Shown in pieces: positions 52,238 through 61,613 of a stretch of 64,000 nucleotides of DNA (the stretch's first letter is position 1; each line of letters opens with the position of its first letter). The stretch lies in the NCBI GenBank assembly GCA_028877275.1, contig JAPPFP010000010.1:67640-131639 (forward strand), in the 5' to 3' direction. This DNA is from Acidobacteriota bacterium (GTDB taxonomy: Bacteria > Acidobacteriota > Thermoanaerobaculia > Multivoradales > Multivoraceae). The notes below the pieces were generated by a model, which was not told the origin of the DNA, searched no databases, and saw only the letters and a list, made by a program, of their open reading frames with translations. The position numbers and the translations under genes were made by a program.

Positions 52238-53458
52238 GTGGGAATCAAACGAGGCCAGCGACCGCTCGAAGCGGCGGATTCGTGGAGCATCGACACCGCT
52301 CCAGGACGGGTGCTGTACGGCGCCGGCGTCATCGACCTCCTGGGTGAGGTCGTGCACGAGTTCGGCGGCCGCCGGGTGCTGGTCGTCTCCGATCCGGGCG
52401 TAGCCGCCGCCGGCCATGTCGACCGGGCGGCGGTCGCGCTGGGCGGCGACGATCTCGAGGTCTCGGTCTTCTACGGGGTCGAGGAGAACCCCGGCGAGCG
52501 GAATGTGGCGGCCGCGGCGGCGGCGGCGCGGGCCCACGAAGCGGACTTCCTGATCGGCCTCGGTGGCGGCTCGGCGATGGACTGCGCCAAGGGTGCGAAC
52601 TTCGTGTTCACCAACGGCGGCCGGATGGAGGACTACTGGGGCTTCGGCAAGGCAGGGAAGCCGATGCTTCCTTCGGTCGGCGTGCCCTGCACGGCGGGCA
52701 CCGGCAGCGAAGCGCAGTCCTTCGCCGTCATCTCGCGGGAGGACGACCACCGCAAGATGGCCTGCGGCGATCCGAAGGCGCGCTTCGTGGCTACCCTGCT
52801 GGATCCGGAGCTGGTCCGCACGGCGCCCTCCGAGGTGATGGCGGCAACCGGCCTGGACGCCCTGTCGCACGCCCTGGAGAGCTTCGTCTGTACGGCGGCC
52901 AACCCGTACTCGCGGATGTTCGCCTCGGAGGGCTTTGCCCGCCTCCTGCGGGGTTTCGATGCGGTGGTCCATGCGCAGGCGGCGACGGATGGGAACGCTG
53001 GGCGAGGGAGGCGCGAAGCGGAGTTGGTGGAGCTTTGGGGTGAGATGCTGCTGGGAGCCCACCTTGCCGGCGCCGCGATCGAGGCGTCGATGCTGGGCGC
53101 CGCCCATGGTCTCGCCAACCCCCTGACCGCGCGCTACGACATCACCCACGGCGTGGCCGTGGCGGTGATGCTGGATCACGTCCTGCGGTTCAACGGTGAG
53201 GGTTCCGAGTACGGAGGACTGGCCCAGTTGGCCTTCGGGGACGCCAGGGGCAACGGCCTCGCCAGCGAGCGGCTCGCGAAGCTGTGGACCGACCTCCGCG
53301 CCAGCGCACGCGTTGCCGGCAGGCTGCGCGATCTGGGGGTTCTGGAGGCGGACCTCGACCTTCTGTCGACCCAGGCGGCCGAGCAGTGGACGGCGCAGTT
53401 CAACCCGCGGTCGGCTTCCGCCTCCGATATGCTCGCGCTCTACCGGGCGGCGTTCTGA
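52238..53458 (+). CDS. iron-containing (group III) alcohol dehydrogenase
   Basis: This is the 3' part of artefactual ORF 50924..53458. GGRRVLVVSD...IGLGGGSAMDCAKG...HALESF...HGVAVAVML are Fe-ADH motifs. The start is uncertain: GTG 52238 or GTG 52310. Confidence 0.75.
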   Translation: MGIKRGQRPLEAADSWSIDTAPGRVLYGAGVIDLLGEVVHEFGGRRVLVVSDPGVAAAGHVDRAAVALGGDDLEVSVFYGVEENPGERNVAAAAAAARAHEADFLIGLGGGSAMDCAKGANFVFTNGGRMEDYWGFGKAGKPMLPSVGVPCTAGTGSEAQSFAVISREDDHRKMACGDPKARFVATLLDPELVRTAPSEVMAATGLDALSHALESFVCTAANPYSRMFASEGFARLLRGFDAVVHAQAATDGNAGRGRREAELVELWGEMLLGAHLAGAAIEASMLGAAHGLANPLTARYDITHGVAVAVMLDHVLRFNGEGSEYGGLAQLAFGDARGNGLASERLAKLWTDLRASARVAGRLRDLGVLEADLDLLSTQAAEQWTAQFNPRSASASDMLALYRAAF

Positions 53459-53486
53459 GGCCCTCGCCCCTCCGGAAACAAGCGCC

Positions 53487-54659
53487 GTGAGACTTCTGCT
53501 CAGCCTGTCGTTTCTGCTCGCCTCGCCCTTCCTGTTCGCGTCCGAAGGGGCGGCCGGCCTCGGTGAAGACCAGGAGTCGGCCTCGGCGGCGTCGCTGTTC
53601 CGGCCGTCGGCCGATGCGTGGCCGGTGTTCAGGGGCAACCTGCTCGGCACCGGCGTCGCCGGCACGACACTGCCCGAGAATCCGAAGCTGCTGTGGGCGT
53701 TCGACACGGAGAGCGAGATCGAGAGCACGGCGGCGATCGCCGGCGGGGTCGTCTACATCGGCGACTACGAGGGCCGGGTCTACGCGCTGACCCTGGCCGA
53801 GGGCAGGGAGCTGTGGCGATTCGAGGCCGGCACGCCGATCAAGGCGCCCGTTTCCGTGTTCGACGACGTCGTCTACGTCGGTGACGAGTACGGCTTCGTC
53901 TACGCACTGGACGCCGGGACCGGCGACCAGAAGTGGAAGTTCGAGACGCTGGGGGAGATCTACGCCGGCGTCTCGCTGCACCAATCGCCCGAGGGAGGGG
54001 ACCGGCTGCTGATCGGCTCCTACGACAACTCGCTCTACTGCCTGGACCGGACAAGCGGTGAGAAGCTGTGGCAGGTGGAGACGGACGGCTACGTCCACGG
54101 CACGCCCGCGGTCGCCGAGGGACTGACGACCGTTTCCGGCTGCGACGGTTTCATGTGGCTGATCGACATCGAGACGGGCGAGACGGTCCACAAGATCGAC
54201 CTTCGCGGGCAGGCGGCCTCGAGCCCGGCCGTGATCGGCGACATGGCTTACGTCGCCACCTACGAGAACGAAGTGCTGGGAATCGACCTCGCGAAGCGCC
54301 AGGTCGTCTGGGCCTACGAGCACGAGATCAGGAAGTTCCCCTTCTACGCCTCCGCGGCGGCCGACGACGAGATCGTCGTCATCGGCGGACGGGACAAGAT
54401 CGTCCACGCTCTCGACCCGTCGACCGGCGAACGGAAGTGGGAGTGGAACAGCGGTGCCCGGCTCGATTCCTCGCCCGTGATCGTGGGCGATCGGGTCTTT
54501 CTGGGTTCGAAGCGTGGGCCCGTCCTCGCCCTGGACAAGGCGACGGGAGAGCCGGTCTGGGAGTTCGACACCGGTTCGGCGATCATGGCGTCGCCCGCCG
54601 TGGCCTCGGAGCGCCTGGTCATCGGCAGCCTGGACGGCGTCCTCTACTGCTTCGGGTAG
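53487..54659 (+). CDS. secreted PQQ-like/BamB-like beta-propeller repeat protein
   Basis: GTG start giving the signal peptide VRLLLSLSFLLASPFLFASEG. Eight blade motifs (GRELWRF, GDQKWKF, GEKLWQV, GETVHKI, RQVVWAY, GERKWEW, GEPVWEF, LYCFG). Confidence 0.7.
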   Translation: MRLLLSLSFLLASPFLFASEGAAGLGEDQESASAASLFRPSADAWPVFRGNLLGTGVAGTTLPENPKLLWAFDTESEIESTAAIAGGVVYIGDYEGRVYALTLAEGRELWRFEAGTPIKAPVSVFDDVVYVGDEYGFVYALDAGTGDQKWKFETLGEIYAGVSLHQSPEGGDRLLIGSYDNSLYCLDRTSGEKLWQVETDGYVHGTPAVAEGLTTVSGCDGFMWLIDIETGETVHKIDLRGQAASSPAVIGDMAYVATYENEVLGIDLAKRQVVWAYEHEIRKFPFYASAAADDEIVVIGGRDKIVHALDPSTGERKWEWNSGARLDSSPVIVGDRVFLGSKRGPVLALDKATGEPVWEFDTGSAIMASPAVASERLVIGSLDGVLYCFG

Positions 54660-54674
54660 CGGAGCACACCGGCG

Positions 54675-56033
54675 ATGAACGAGGCGGTTTCTGGAAGTAT
54701 GGTCAGGCCTGAGCCGGCGACCGGTCTGCTCGACCTCGAAGCGACGGACATCGGTTCCGTCTTCGTTTCGAACTATCCGCCGTACTCTGCGTGGAACGAG
54801 GCCGCGGTGCTGGAGGCCTTCGCCGCGCTGGACCGGGAGCCTGCCGCCGACACCTCGCTCGGCCTCTACATCCACATTCCGTTCTGCCGGAAGCGCTGCA
54901 AGTTCTGCTACTTCCGCGTGTATGTCGACAAGAACCACGAACAGATCGGCCGCTACCTGGACGCTCTGGGTGTGGAACTGGAGCGCTACGCGGAGCGGGC
55001 GGCCGTGCGGGGCCGCAGGCTCGACTTCGTCTACTTCGGCGGCGGCACGCCGTCCTACATCGCCGCCAAGCAGTTGATTCCGCTCGCCGAGCGGCTCCAG
55101 GGCGTGATGTCCTGGGATGGGGCGGAGGAAGTGGCGTTCGAGTGCGAGCCGGGGACGCTGACGCAGTCCAAGCTGGAGGCGATCCGGAGCATCGGGGTCA
55201 CGCGGCTGAGTCTGGGAGTGGAGAACTTCGACGACGAGATCCTGCAGGAGAACGGTCGCGCCCACGTTTCGAAGGAGATCTACCGCGTGCGCGAGTGGAT
55301 CCGCGCACAGGACTTCCGGCAACTGAACGTCGATCTGATCGCCGGGATGGTCGGCGAGACCTGGGAGAGCTGGAAGCGAACGGTCGACCTGACGATCGAA
55401 TACGACCCGGACTCGATCACGCTCTACCAGATGGAGCTGCCGTTCAACACGGTCTACTCGAAAGCCAGGCTGCGCGGCGACGAGGACGTGCCGCCGTTTG
55501 CCGACTGGCGGACGAAGCGCGAGTGGCACGCCTACGCCTTCGAGCAGTTCGAGCGGGCCGGCTTCGAGCGCTGGAGCGCCTACACCATGATGCGGCGAGA
55601 CCGCGGCTGCAAGTTCGTCTATGCCCGCGAGGTGTGGAGCGGAGCGGACATGGTCCCGATCGGCGTCTCGTCGTTCGGCCACATGGGCGGCGTCCACATG
55701 CAGAACCACGATCGCTGGGACGGCTATCTCGCTGCGATCGACGCCGGCGGTCTTGCCACGCGTCGGGCCCTGGTCACGACGGCGCGCGAGCGGCTGACTC
55801 GCGAGGTCATCCTGCAGTTGAAGCGCGGCTGGCTGGAACGCGGCGCCTTCGAACGCAAGTTCGGGGTCGACGTCGTGAAGGACTACGCCGATGCCTTCGG
55901 CAGCCTGACCGATCAGGGGCTGGCCACGGTAGGCCCCGAGCGGGTCGAACTCAGCGAGGGGGGGATCCTCCGCGTCGACCAGCTTCTGCCACGGTTCTAC
56001 GACGAGCAGTACCGCGGCGCCCGCTACACCTAG
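54675..56033 (+). CDS. hemN: radical SAM oxygen-independent coproporphyrinogen III oxidase
   Basis: 452 aa. Collinear with E. coli HemN (LYIHIPFCRKRCKFCYF with CX3CX2C, RYLDALGVELE, YFGGGTPSY). Confidence 0.8.
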   Translation: MNEAVSGSMVRPEPATGLLDLEATDIGSVFVSNYPPYSAWNEAAVLEAFAALDREPAADTSLGLYIHIPFCRKRCKFCYFRVYVDKNHEQIGRYLDALGVELERYAERAAVRGRRLDFVYFGGGTPSYIAAKQLIPLAERLQGVMSWDGAEEVAFECEPGTLTQSKLEAIRSIGVTRLSLGVENFDDEILQENGRAHVSKEIYRVREWIRAQDFRQLNVDLIAGMVGETWESWKRTVDLTIEYDPDSITLYQMELPFNTVYSKARLRGDEDVPPFADWRTKREWHAYAFEQFERAGFERWSAYTMMRRDRGCKFVYAREVWSGADMVPIGVSSFGHMGGVHMQNHDRWDGYLAAIDAGGLATRRALVTTARERLTREVILQLKRGWLERGAFERKFGVDVVKDYADAFGSLTDQGLATVGPERVELSEGGILRVDQLLPRFYDEQYRGARYT

Positions 56034-56039
56034 CTACAA

Positions 56040-58433
56040 CTAGAAGTCGAAGCCGAGCTGCAGGCCGATCTCCGTCGGCGGCGCCCAGACTGCGAGCGAC
56101 CCGGTGTAGTTCACGAAGAACTGGCTGAGCCGGTACTCCTCGTCGGCTAGGTTTCGGCCGTACGCGGCCAGGAACACCCGTCCCTGTGCCGACGTCCAGC
56201 GCAACTGGGCGTGAAGCAGGCCGTAGGACGGCTGGACGAAGCGCTCGAAGGCGTCGAAGGCGACATCGTCGGTGTACTGGTACTCGCCGCGGGCGGTCAG
56301 CGAACCGCTGCTGCCGAGGTCGAACGTGTAGCGCAGTGAGGCGGTGGCGGAGAAGTCCGGCGCCCGCGGCAGTCCGTTGCCTGACAGGTCGCTGGGCTCG
56401 ATCGGGAGCGCGCCGCCGCCGCCCAGGAGCACTTGGGTCGGATCGATCAGGCCCGCTGCCAGCAACTGCTCTACGAACTGGGCCTGGAGCACCGGATCGA
56501 GCGACGTGAATCGAGTGAACTCATCGTCGAGGAGTTCGAGCGACAGGTCGAAGGCAAAGCGCGGGTTCGGCCGTGCCGAGAGTTCGAAGTCGACACCCCG
56601 GATCCGGGCCTTGGCCGCGTTCTCGACCACCGAGCGATCGGGATAGAGCACCGCCACCTGCAGATCGTCGTAGTCGTAGTTGAAGGCGGCGGCGTTGATC
56701 CTCACCTTGCGGTCGGCAAGGGATGACTTGACGCCGATCTCGAAACTCGTCACGGTCTCCTCGTCGAAGGCCGGCTGCAGCGAGATCGAGTTGTAGCCGC
56801 CACTCTTGTAGCCGGCGGTCACCGCGCCGTAGAGCATCACGTTCTCCCGGGGCCGGATCTCCAGGCCCAGCTTCGGCGTCAGCGCGCTCCAACTGTCGTT
56901 CAGGACCTGCAACTCCGGCATGAAGGTCTGGAAGTTCAGCGCCGCCTGGTCGTGCGTCTTCTCGTCCGCCGTGTAGCGCGCTCCCGTGGTCAGGCTGACC
57001 CGATCGCTCAGGTGCCAGTCGACCTGGCCGTAGGCGGCGTAGAGGGACGCGTCGAGATTGCTCGCGAATGGCAGCGGCGTCGGGGTTCCCGGCAGGGGAA
57101 GGCCGATGAACGGCGCGATGGCGTTGTAGTAGGCCGGCCCGCACAGGAAGGGCGGCGCCAGAAAGCCGAGAGAGCAGTAGGTCGTGGGGTCGAACAGGAA
57201 CGTCTGCGGACTGTTCGCGAACAGCCAGACGCCGAGCAGGGCCGTGTCGGTAATGTTGTTGACCTGCGTTCCGCTTTCCTCGTTGAAGGCGTAGGCACCG
57301 GCCACCCAGTTCGCGCGGTCGCCGGCGCCGCTGAGCTGAAACTCCTGCGACCACCACTGGGAGTTGAAGGTGCCGGCGTTGGTGACGAAGACGTGGGGCG
57401 AGCCGTCGATGTCCGCGTCCCGCCGCGAGTCGAACTCGCGCCAACTGCTGATCGACGTCAGGTTCGTGCCGCCCGCCATCGCCTTGTTCACCGTCAGCGA
57501 GAAGCCGGACTCCTCGTAGAGAGAGAGAGCCGGGGTTTCGGTCGAGATGCGATGCACGTCGGCCGGCTCCGAGTAGCCATAGAACCGGTTCAGCGTCCCC
57601 ACCGTGCTGTAAGGAGAGACGTCGAACGGCTTGAAGGGGAAGTTCGCGTGCGCGTCGTCGTCCGTGCTGTCGGCCCGGATCGTGAAGGTCAGGGAGTCGG
57701 AGGGCAGGAACGTGAGCGAACCCCGCAGCGTAACGCCGTCGAAGTTGTCGGCGCCCTCGCCCAGGAAGTCGTTGTAGGTCGGGTCCTCGATCTGCGCCGT
57801 GGTGCCGGTGAAGCGGCCCCAGACCTTGCCCGACACCGGTCCGGTGAGCGACATGCCGTAACGACGCCCGTCGGCCGGCTCGCTTGAGTCGTACTCGGAG
57901 AACGAAGTGAACAGGCGCCCATGGAACTGCCCCTCCGGCGCCCTGGTGACGACGTTCACCGCGCCAGCGGTCGAGTTGCGTCCCCACAGCGTGCCCTGGG
58001 GGCCGCGCAGGATCTCGATGCGCTCCAGGTCGAGGAAGGGGTTCACCGCGGCTTGTGGCCGCGGCATGTAGGCGCCGTCCACGTAGTAGCCGACGGTCGG
58101 CTCGGTGCCGATGCCGAGCGTGCTCGAGCCGATGCCGCGGATGTAGATCGCGACCTCACCCGTGGTCGGGCTCTGGCCGGAAATCACGACGCCGGGCGAG
58201 GCCTCGGCAAGGGCCTGCACGTCGCCGATCGCCTGCTGCTCCAGCTCTTCGCCGGAGCGCGTGATGATCGAGATCGGCACGTCCTGAATGGCCTCCTCGA
58301 CACGCTGCGCGGTGACAGTGATCTCGTCGGTAACCGTGGAGTCGGGGTCATCGGGATCCTGCGCCATCACGGCGCCGGCAGTGAGTGCCAGCGAAAGGCT
58401 GACGGTCAGGAACGGGGCGGGTGTGAAGCGCAT
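56040..58433 (-). CDS. TonB-dependent receptor (797 aa)
   Basis: Signal peptide, TonB-box DEITVTAQR, plug (IEILRGPQGTLWGRNSTAGAVNVVTR) and a C-terminal aromatic ...GLQLGFDF. Confidence 0.85.
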   Translation of the reverse strand: MRFTPAPFLTVSLSLALTAGAVMAQDPDDPDSTVTDEITVTAQRVEEAIQDVPISIITRSGEELEQQAIGDVQALAEASPGVVISGQSPTTGEVAIYIRGIGSSTLGIGTEPTVGYYVDGAYMPRPQAAVNPFLDLERIEILRGPQGTLWGRNSTAGAVNVVTRAPEGQFHGRLFTSFSEYDSSEPADGRRYGMSLTGPVSGKVWGRFTGTTAQIEDPTYNDFLGEGADNFDGVTLRGSLTFLPSDSLTFTIRADSTDDDAHANFPFKPFDVSPYSTVGTLNRFYGYSEPADVHRISTETPALSLYEESGFSLTVNKAMAGGTNLTSISSWREFDSRRDADIDGSPHVFVTNAGTFNSQWWSQEFQLSGAGDRANWVAGAYAFNEESGTQVNNITDTALLGVWLFANSPQTFLFDPTTYCSLGFLAPPFLCGPAYYNAIAPFIGLPLPGTPTPLPFASNLDASLYAAYGQVDWHLSDRVSLTTGARYTADEKTHDQAALNFQTFMPELQVLNDSWSALTPKLGLEIRPRENVMLYGAVTAGYKSGGYNSISLQPAFDEETVTSFEIGVKSSLADRKVRINAAAFNYDYDDLQVAVLYPDRSVVENAAKARIRGVDFELSARPNPRFAFDLSLELLDDEFTRFTSLDPVLQAQFVEQLLAAGLIDPTQVLLGGGGALPIEPSDLSGNGLPRAPDFSATASLRYTFDLGSSGSLTARGEYQYTDDVAFDAFERFVQPSYGLLHAQLRWTSAQGRVFLAAYGRNLADEEYRLSQFFVNYTGSLAVWAPPTEIGLQLGFDF

Positions 58434-58590
58434 CTACAAGTACCTCTCGAGGCTGCGGACTGACGGACACGAAGGACTCGGGTCCGACAGGAGCCAGTGA
58501 TGGGCGCAGGCTACAACATAGGCACTACGCGACCGGGGCCTTCCAGGTTGCCTGTGGTCGGCCTCGATTCCCTGCCGTAGACTCGCCGCG

Positions 58591-59892
58591 ATGTTCGCCG
58601 CATCCTCCTACGACGTGATCGTGATCGGCGCCGGCCCGGGCGGCTCGGCGGCGGCGGCGATCGCCGCGCGCGGGGGCCTGCGCACCCTCCTGCTCGAGCG
58701 GGACCCGGCGCCGGTGTTCAAGATCGGCGAATCGCTGATGCCGGACACCCATGGCGTGTTCGAGAAGATGGGTGCGCTCCGCGCGATGCAGGAAAGCCAC
58801 TTCGTCGAGAAGCACTCCGTCCAGTTCTTCACGAAGACCGGGAAGGCGTCCATGCCGTTCTACTTCGAGAAGGAGCGGCCGGGAGACGACAGCGCCCGCA
58901 CCTGGCAGGTGCGCCGTTCCGAGTTTGATCAACTGCTGATGGAGACCGCGGCCGGGCAGGGCGCGGAAGTCCACCGCGGCGTCAATGTCCGCGACGTGCT
59001 CTTCGAAGGCGGCAGGGCCGTCGGCGTGCGGGCCGCCGGGGAGAGCAATGGTGGGATGGTCGAGCTTGCCGGCCGGGTCATCATCGACGCCACCGGCCAG
59101 AGCACCATGCTCTCGCGCCGCCTCGATCTCGGCCGGGTCGACTACGGCCTGCGCCACGCCTCGATCTACACGCACTTCCGCGGTGCGATCCGGGACGAGG
59201 GGAAAGACGAGGGCGCGACCCTGATCCTGCACACGAAGTCGGGCGAGTGCTGGTTCTGGTACATCCCTCTGGCCGGGGACGTCGTCAGCGTCGGCGTCGT
59301 CGGGCCGATGGACACGCTGGTCCGGAACCGCGAGGGCCGGCCGCACGAGATCTTCTTCGAGGAGGTCAGGAACTGCGCCGAGATCGAGCGGCGCATCGCG
59401 CCGGCTCGCCAGTGCCGGCCCGTGTCCGTGATGAAGGACTTCTCCTACCGGATCGAGAAGATGGCGGGCGACGGCTGGATCGCGATCGGCGACGCGTTCT
59501 CCTTCATCGACCCGGTCTACTCGTCGGGCGTCTTCCTGGCGCTCAAGTCGGGCGAGATGGCGGCTGAGGCCTCGATCGCCGCGATCGCCGCGGACGACCT
59601 CTCCGGCGAGCGCCTGGGCGCGTTCCAGCCGCTTCTGATGCGCGGCGTCGAGGCCGTGCGGCAACTGGTCAACGTCTTCTACGACCGGAACTTCAGTGTC
59701 GGCGCGTTCCTGCGGCTCTATCCGCAGCATCAGAGCAAGGTCACCCGCATCCTGATCGGCGACGTCTTCGAGCTCGACTTCACCTCCATGTTCGAGGACA
59801 TGGCGACCTTCGCGGCAGCCGGCGGCGGCAGGGCGATGCGCGCGCCGGAAGGGGCCACGGCGCCGACTCCGCAGTCGCTCCAGGCCACCTGA
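58591..59892 (+). CDS. flavin-dependent halogenase-family protein (PltA/variant-B-like)
   Basis: 433 aa. GxGxxG (VIGAGPGGS), KIGESLMP, WxWxIP (CWFWYIPL) and FxxPxxSxG (FSFIDPVYSSGV) motifs are visible directly. Confidence 0.65.
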   Translation: MFAASSYDVIVIGAGPGGSAAAAIAARGGLRTLLLERDPAPVFKIGESLMPDTHGVFEKMGALRAMQESHFVEKHSVQFFTKTGKASMPFYFEKERPGDDSARTWQVRRSEFDQLLMETAAGQGAEVHRGVNVRDVLFEGGRAVGVRAAGESNGGMVELAGRVIIDATGQSTMLSRRLDLGRVDYGLRHASIYTHFRGAIRDEGKDEGATLILHTKSGECWFWYIPLAGDVVSVGVVGPMDTLVRNREGRPHEIFFEEVRNCAEIERRIAPARQCRPVSVMKDFSYRIEKMAGDGWIAIGDAFSFIDPVYSSGVFLALKSGEMAAEASIAAIAADDLSGERLGAFQPLLMRGVEAVRQLVNVFYDRNFSVGAFLRLYPQHQSKVTRILIGDVFELDFTSMFEDMATFAAAGGGRAMRAPEGATAPTPQSLQAT

Positions 59893-59913
59893 GCCGGAAC
59901 CCGGGCGATTCCC

Positions 59914-60159
59914 ATGGCGGCTGGAGCAGTCCGGGTCACGGCCTACGCCGCGCTGCCGGCGCTCTACCTGCTGCACAACGACCTGTGGTTCTGGGACGAC
60001 CCGAACCGGTTCCTGGGATTGCCGATCGGTCTGACGTACCACATCCTGTTCTCGGCGGTTGTCGTACTCGCGATGTGGCGGCTCGTGCGGGTCGCGTGGC
60101 CCGGCGACGTGCTCGACGAGCTGGCCGGTGAGGCAAGCGACGAGGGCGCGGACCCGTGA
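59914..60159 (+). CDS. small 2-TM membrane protein, DUF485/DUF3311-type symporter-associated subunit
   Basis: 81 aa. Two hydrophobic helices. Its stop overlaps the start of the downstream symporter, the typical arrangement for these accessory proteins. Confidence 0.5.
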   Translation: MAAGAVRVTAYAALPALYLLHNDLWFWDDPNRFLGLPIGLTYHILFSAVVVLAMWRLVRVAWPGDVLDELAGEASDEGADP

Positions 60160-61613
60160 CCCTCACCGTCATCTTCGCCTACCTGGCGGCGGTACTGCTG
60201 ATCGGCGTCTGGAGCAACCGTCGCCTGGCCGCGACCGGCGAGGACTTCTTCGTCGCCGGCCGGACCATCGGACCGTTCGTGCTGCTGATGACGCTGTTCG
60301 GCACGCACATGACCTCGTTCGCCCTGCTCGGCGCTTCGGCGGAGTCCTACCGGATCGGCATCGGCGTCTTCGCTCTGATGGCGTCGTCGTCGGCCCTGAT
60401 GGTGCCGATCGTCTTCTTCTTCGTCGGCACCCGGGTATGGGCCGTGGGGAGGCGCCTGGGGCTCCTGACCCAGGTGCAGTTCGTGCGCGCCCGCTGGGGC
60501 TCGGACGGCATCGGCCTCCTGCTCTTCGTCGTGCTTGTTCTGCTGCTCCTGCCCTACCTGCTGATCGGCGTCATGGGAGGCGGCGTGGTACTCGGGCAGA
60601 TCACGGACGGGGCGGCGCCGTCGTGGCTCGGCAGCCTGCTCGTGTCGGGAGTCGTGATCGGCTACGTGACGAGCGGGGGTCTGAGGGGAACGGCCTGGGT
60701 GAACACGTTCCAGACCGCGATGTTCATGCTGCTCGGAGCCGTGACCGCGGTCCTGATCGTGACCAAGCTCGGGGGCGTGGGCCCGGCCCTCGACCGGGTC
60801 GCGGAAAGTCGGCCGGAGCTACTGGTGCGGGGCGAGGCCGTCCACCCCTTGCGGTTGCTCAGCTACACCCTGATCCCTCTCTCCGTGGGGACCTTTCCCC
60901 ACATCTTCGCTCACTGGCTGTCGGCGAAGCGGGCGGCGACGTTCAAGGCCCCGATCGTCCTCTATCCGGTCTGCATCGCCGTGGTGTGGATCCCCAGCGT
61001 GCTGCTCGGGATGTTCGGGAACATCGACTTCCCCGGGCTCGACGGCGCGGCCTCGAACTCGGTCCTGGTCCGGATGATCGCGCTCTACGCTCCGGAGCTG
61101 CTCGCGGGCCTCCTGGGCGCGGGCGTCTTCGCCGCCATCATGTCGTCGCTCGACTCCCAATCGCTTTCCCTGGGCACGATGTTCACGCAGGACGTCGTCA
61201 GGCACTACCGCTGGGGCGGCGACCTGGACGAAGCGCGCCAGGTGCGCCTGGGCCGGCTGTTCGTCGTCGGGGTCGTGGCGACGGTGTTCCTGCTGTCTCT
61301 GGTTGCCGAGCGCAGCATCTTCGCGCTCTCGGTGTGGTCCTTCACGGGGTTCGCCTCCCTGCTGCCCGTCGTGGTGGCGGCGCTCTACTGGCGCCGCAGC
61401 ACGGCTGCGGGTGCGGGAGCGGCGATCCTCACCGTGATCGCCCTCTGGACCTGGTTCTTCGTTCGCGGCATCGGCGATGCGGACTACAGCGTCGGCGGCA
61501 CCGGCGTCATGCCGGTCGCCGTCGTCTTCGCGGGTTCCACCCTGGCCATGATCGTCGGCTCCCTGTTGAGCAGCCCGCCCACGCCCGAGCGGGTAGCCCG
61601 GTTTATCCCGTGA
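60156..61613 (+). CDS. sodium:solute symporter (SSS) family transporter
   Basis: 485 aa. FFVAGR...G (SSS N-terminal motif). About 13 TM segments. Confidence 0.85.
   Translation: MTLTVIFAYLAAVLLIGVWSNRRLAATGEDFFVAGRTIGPFVLLMTLFGTHMTSFALLGASAESYRIGIGVFALMASSSALMVPIVFFFVGTRVWAVGRRLGLLTQVQFVRARWGSDGIGLLLFVVLVLLLLPYLLIGVMGGGVVLGQITDGAAPSWLGSLLVSGVVIGYVTSGGLRGTAWVNTFQTAMFMLLGAVTAVLIVTKLGGVGPALDRVAESRPELLVRGEAVHPLRLLSYTLIPLSVGTFPHIFAHWLSAKRAATFKAPIVLYPVCIAVVWIPSVLLGMFGNIDFPGLDGAASNSVLVRMIALYAPELLAGLLGAGVFAAIMSSLDSQSLSLGTMFTQDVVRHYRWGGDLDEARQVRLGRLFVVGVVATVFLLSLVAERSIFALSVWSFTGFASLLPVVVAALYWRRSTAAGAGAAILTVIALWTWFFVRGIGDADYSVGGTGVMPVAVVFAGSTLAMIVGSLLSSPPTPERVARFIP

Noticed and set aside
50924-53458. 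844-aa plus-strand ORF spanning PQQ paralog B and the alcohol dehydrogenase
   Set aside because: Only its 3' third (from about 52238) is in the Fe-ADH frame. The 5' two-thirds is an out-of-frame read-through of the PQQ-like gene (which ends with a stop at 52212-52214) and is Arg-rich.
53400-55709. 769-aa minus-strand ORF
   Set aside because: Antisense to the third PQQ-like gene and hemN, both of which have strong family signatures. The translation is low complexity.
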